Source: Pelomyxa schiedti (taxonomy: Eukaryota; Protista; Evosea). From it: DNA of 64,000 bases. Numbering within the stretch: position 1 is the first letter of the stretch; every line of letters begins with the position of its first letter. Both the position numbers and the translations under genes were made by a program. Under the pieces are notes generated by a model. That model saw only the letters and a list, made by a program, of their open reading frames with translations. It did no database searches and had not been told where the DNA came from. The stretch spans positions 3,106 through 67,105 of the forward strand of contig JAHLWZ010000868.1 of the NCBI GenBank assembly GCA_020536535.1, given 5' to 3'. Below are positions 59,411 to 64,000 of this stretch, piece by piece.

Positions 59411-61700
59411 TTAGGGTTGTGTGGGACCAAGGTAGCAAAATGGTAGGCATTCTTTTACAGAAGGAGGGAAACGAAATGCAGGACCAAAGTTGACTTTGAC
59501 TTTGGCACCCATGTACAGGGATACAGCAGCATAGTATGTTCCTGTGTTGTTGGTCAGTGTTTCCTCAGAAAGTGAGGTGCGGCAGTAGAAGAAACCAACC
59601 TTTGCCGATATCGGTAAAGGCATCCCCAAGATAATTGCCATTCAAGAAGAATCCAACACACCCATCAACAGCCTTTTCAACTGGTGCCATCTTCCCGACA
59701 TATCCTGGAGGCTGGGGAGTAAAAATCTGGATGTATTGCGCATCCACCGGTGGGTCAGTGGTGGTTTCAGAAGGTGGAAGGTAAATGTAGACACCGATAA
59801 CATCTCCCTGACCTGATTTCCGGTGTTATAATGAGGTTGGACTGGGAATGGGTATAAAACCGTATCCAGAAGCATAAGGAGCTGACCGGCTCTGGTGAAA
59901 AATTGCCCCATCAACATCTCTATATGAGTAACTGTAGTGATCATAACCTACGGGTGCTTGAATGTCTCCTTTTTCAGTTGATACACCTAATCTTTGTGTA
60001 TTTAAGTTTGTTTTGGTGAGAAGAAAACGATTAGGGAAAACTGACATTTACCTAACGTGCCCTTGTTGGGTTGGGAGAATTTCTACTTCAAAAAAATACG
60101 CACCCGAGCTCACACCAACATTGGAACGGGACATTCTATATCCCTGAGGTTTCTTAGACTTTCTTAGGCTAAAATGGAGCAACTTTTTCACCCTTGACAA
60201 CATTTGAGCGAAAAATTTGCAGTTGAGGAGCTGTATTTTCTTTAGACATGAAAACGGCATCAGTTGGCTCAAAATCTTTGAATACATGAGAAAACTGAAA
60301 TCGGAGAATCGCTACCTGTAATTTCTTCACTCTTTTCTAGCTGTTGGAATGGTAGTTATTAAGGTTGCAGAAATGTGAAGCAAACCTCAAGATCCTTTTT
60401 TTTTTTCCTGGATTTTTGTGTGGTCATTGTGGATTCTAGGTCCAGTAAGTTTGTTGAGGTATCAAGCGTGGATGTGCTCCTAGAACTACGCCGGCGTGAC
60501 ACAGGTTCTGTATATTGGGTAATCTGGTTGCTAGTATCTCCAGTTTCCTGGTCCATTGGTGGGGGAGAAACTGCTGTAATGGGTGCCTCAATAGGCGTTT
60601 GGCCGCCATGCTCAATGGGTCCTGATCGAGCCCTTCGTTGTTTCTTTACAGGTCCGGGGCGAACCTAGGTGGAAGTTTCGTTGTATTTAAAGTCCAAGTT
60701 GATGTAATTTGCATACTTTTGTTCTTGCAAGCTGTGATTTTTCAAGTGGGGAATCTTTGACCATAAAAGGAGCGATAGAGGGGTCAATTAAAGCCCATAA
60801 CTGACCTTTCAACTTCCATAAATTTAAAAGAAATTACTTGACACTACAAACTGGTACGGGGTGCTGTCGGGTCACCACTTCGAAACAGTTCAGTATGGAG
60901 AACCATTGCTGAATTTGTGGAGCTACCCCATTGTTTTTGCCCTGGTTTTTCTTCACTCCCAAAACCTAACAGGGAATAACATACTGTCTTTCCCAAAGCA
61001 TAGTGTGTCCCACGAACCAAGAAGTTCTGCATTTAGGTCTTCCTTTCAAAAAAACTTAGATAATAGCTAAAAAGTTAGGGGCACACAGTGCGAAAGTAAC
61101 CATTGACAGCCAATTCCGGAGACTTTGTGTGCATTTTATAAAGTGCTATTTGACATATGTCCAACCTCAATGTATATTCTTGTTGGCAAGAAAAAAAAAA
61201 TAATTGGAGAAAAATACTAGAGTTATATTGTAGTTTGTTTAAAAATACATAATAAATTTTTAAAAAAAGCGAAAAGAAGGAAAAGGATACGAGGGAGGGG
61301 AAAAAAAAAAAAAGGTTGTGAATGCATTCAAAGCACATGACTCTCACCAAGTTTTCTGAAACCTCGTCAGTTGTTCCTCACCGGAAGAACTGCACACACA
61401 GCACACCATGTTATACCCCCAGTCGCCGTAATACTGCTCCTTCTCGTCGCCGCTTCCGATCACGTGCACGCACCCCTGGTGGCACTTCCGCTTGCACTCG
61501 TTGCACACCAGCCCAAATTCGTCGTCCCTGTGTGTCGTGGTCTCAAGGCGTTCTCAATGCACAGCAACTTATGTAATCAATTATAACTTAGGTTTTTTGT
61601 GTTGAGTTACAAACCGCAGTACGACACCGCAGTAACATGCCGGCGGTGCCCCGTAGTCCATCCCAACGACTCCGGCGAAATTGGATTTCTTTGTAGTCAT
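59411..61700 (-). CDS. ASH2L: Set1/COMPASS subunit ASH2L (PHD-WH + SPRY)
   Basis: CYCG..CNEC..HQGC..GDWGYNMVCCVC, WLDICQIALY, GYRMSRSNVGV..YFFEV, QAPVGYDHYSYSYRD, YYAAVSLY and NFGP.F.FPP. Confidence 0.93.
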
Positions 61701-64000
61701 CACAACAACTAATTCACGGAGAGGACCTAACCTTGCGGATCCCCAACTGGTCCTTACTTGGTAAGAGGTGTATACCCATTTCTACAGGAAGAGACAAACC
61801 ACCAGTCTGGAAGCAGAAGGTACAGGAAAAAGCCCACAATTAAGCTGACGGGGAACAGAACGCCCAATCTTCGCCCCCATTGAAAGGGTGGGAGATGCGA
61901 TGGTGGTTCGGTGGGCTGCTTCATTTGGGGTCTCTTCTTTAGCCGGGGGATCTGATTCTTCGTTGTCTCCTCCGGGTGCTTTTCCAGTTCCAATCCTGGT
62001 TTGGCCCGATCGCCAGATTGGGGTTGTGGGAGAGCGCCTGGGTGGCTGTTCTTTAGCCTCCCATTAACTTGGGGAGTTAGAGGGCAGAGCTGGAAGGGGG
62101 CCCTTTTGGGGTGGTCCATCTGCCTTCCTACCAAACTGGGTTTCGTGGGATTCTCAGCCTCGCCGCGGAGGGTCTGGGGGCTTGCGGAGTCTAGAGGGGG
62201 GCACCACTGTTAATCTCTTTTTTTGCTTTGTTTTCTTTGGTGGGGTGCTTGTGTGTGGTTTGCTGGAAAGCATGGACAGAGTACCTTGACGAGTTTTTCC
62301 AGAATCAGCAGCCCTCCTGTAAAGTGACACTTGTCTGGTCAGCAAGAACACCCCGACATTGTTTTAATCATTGCCATTGCGTTTCCAGAATCCACAACCC
62401 ACCTCCACGTGACACAGCACGGCCGGTATCCTTTTTCAATCCGGCAATCCGGAAAAGTGGCACGGCAGAGACGGTGTCAGCAAGAGTGGCACTGTAGTTT
62501 CACTATATCAAATGAAAACTTTGTGAAACTTGTATCACCTGTGTCTGCTACTTTGTCATTACGATTCAGCTACCGAGCCAGTCCCAAGAAGTTTGAATAC
62601 CCTGTAAGTATATGAGAAAAAGCCACACAGAAAAAGGATGAGACACCACGAGTTCTTCTCATGGAAGCCTGCATTCTCGTCCATTTTCTTTGCTTGGGAC
62701 AAAATAAACAAGGCGAATGAAAGAAATAAGGAGGGAAACATAGGTTTTTGACCACACTTCTTTTAGCGAACATTCATTTGTAATTGAATGCAAAAGATCA
62801 CTGTTCGGTGTTCTATTGAAACCAACAACTAAATTGGTACAACTTTCTTCGTTCAATTTGATGTCGATCGGCATCCCGTCCTGTGATTACTGGAAGGCAC
62901 CAAAGGTAGGCACAACACAGTACAATGCGTTAGTGTTGGTCAGCATTCCCAACGGCCACGCGATAAGTGATCATGACAATGAGGAACAACATACCCGAAA
63001 GGGGAGGGATCCATCAGGTTCGATGACTCTGGAGGGTGCCATGACGTGGTCACATGCACTAGAAACAACAACAATTGTTGTTGATTAGGCTTGGTAATGA
63101 AAAGTGACACTTAAGAAGTGCCGTATAACCTGGGACATAAGCATTGACACAACAGCCACTGGCCATGCAATTACAGCAACTCGACGATGATGGAGTGGGG
63201 CTTGTGGTTTGTGGTGTAATGTATGATGCATCAACATACAACACACAAGAGACAAACACTGAGCCCCGTGGTGGCTCGTGGGGCCGTTATGGGATGGATG
63301 TCTTCCGGCACCCACCCCATAACTGCGAGCCACGTGCTTCTACGGCACTGGTTTAAGAAGCCACATGGGCGATTATGGGCAACCAGGCCACACATACTGC
63401 TACGACCGTACGAACCGGCACCGGCTGCTTGAGCTCAAATTAATATTATTAGTTTAAGATCTGGAGATCTAATGATGATTGAGTGCTGAGACAGATTCTG
63501 CCCCCTGTGGTCTCAGAGGAATGACTGTATATGACCGCAAGGGACTGCATGCACTGCATTGGTGCCCGGACGTATATAAGGTTAGTATGAACCAGATCTA
63601 CAAGCACAATTGCCCTGCAACGTCACCCTCGGGCCATTTAATTGGTTTTTCCTTCTTGCCTTTTTTTCAAACAAAAATCGCACCTGCGCAAACGAAAACA
63701 AAAATCAACGCACGGCAACAAACGACACGACCAACAGGTACCTAATGAACAGCTCTATGTTGTTGTGCCACGTTGTCATGTTCTGCTTTTTTTATATATA
63801 TATAATTTAAACGCTTAAAATCATTTCATTTCTCACCAACCCCCTTTTTTTCCTTCGTGCAGGGGCAACGTCACTATACCGCGATAATGTCGAAAGTTAC
63901 GGACTACGAGCAAAAGGCACCGTTCTACGACTGAGTAGCATTTTGCGGTATTTATTTTATTGAAGGACCAAGTTATTTCTCTAACAATAAGCCAGAGCAC

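Noticed and set aside
61395-61420. Suspected frameshift in the ASH2L PHD finger
   Set aside because: Careful re-reading gives in-frame YNMVCCVC, so there is no frameshift.
62430-62445. In-frame TGA as possible selenocysteine in the unresolved locus
   Set aside because: There is no selenoprotein-like context, no SECIS was identified, and the reading frame itself is unsupported.
63470-64000. Possible + strand gene start at the right edge
   Set aside because: Only short exon-like pieces are visible, with no recognisable product, and the region is truncated by the window.
1-64000. rRNA, tRNA, CRISPR arrays, transposases/RTs, prokaryotic operons
   Set aside because: None was recognised. The bacterial-type genes all carry spliceosomal introns, so this is not a bacterial contig.

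Overview
Gene-dense eukaryotic nuclear DNA with about 26 protein-coding genes in 64 kb. The genes are broken by many short (about 35-120 nt) GT-AG introns, so the ORF track fragments almost all of them. I rebuilt gene models by hand from splice signals and conserved motifs, and internal exon boundaries are approximate unless stated. The style (tiny introns, GC-rich 5' gene ends, amoebozoan-type gene set) suggests an amoebozoan protist, possibly an archamoeba such as Pelomyxa (inference). Housekeeping genes include NIP7, PPWD1, TFIIIA, RPS26, SmD3, ASH2L, EI24, kinesin-6, a Rab, a Wee1/Myt1-like kinase, a CLC, cathepsin B and an FG-nucleoporin. Most notable observations: (1) two intergenic segments (9.2-9.4 kb, 26.0-26.2 kb) fold into long nested stems and are candidate unannotated ncRNAs; (2) micro-exons of 6, 7, 11 and 16 nt carry catalytic or signature residues, including a hidden E2F/DP RRxYD motif; (3) a RING gene has no usable ATG, implying either an E2F-RING fusion or an ACG start; (4) several bacterial-type genes carry introns (secreted M15-like Zn peptidase, erythromycin-esterase family, atypical SDR); (5) the CLC has a rewritten selectivity filter and two apparent frameshifts; (6) several 3' splice sites are purine-rich. 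No rRNA, tRNA, CRISPR array or transposon was recognised.
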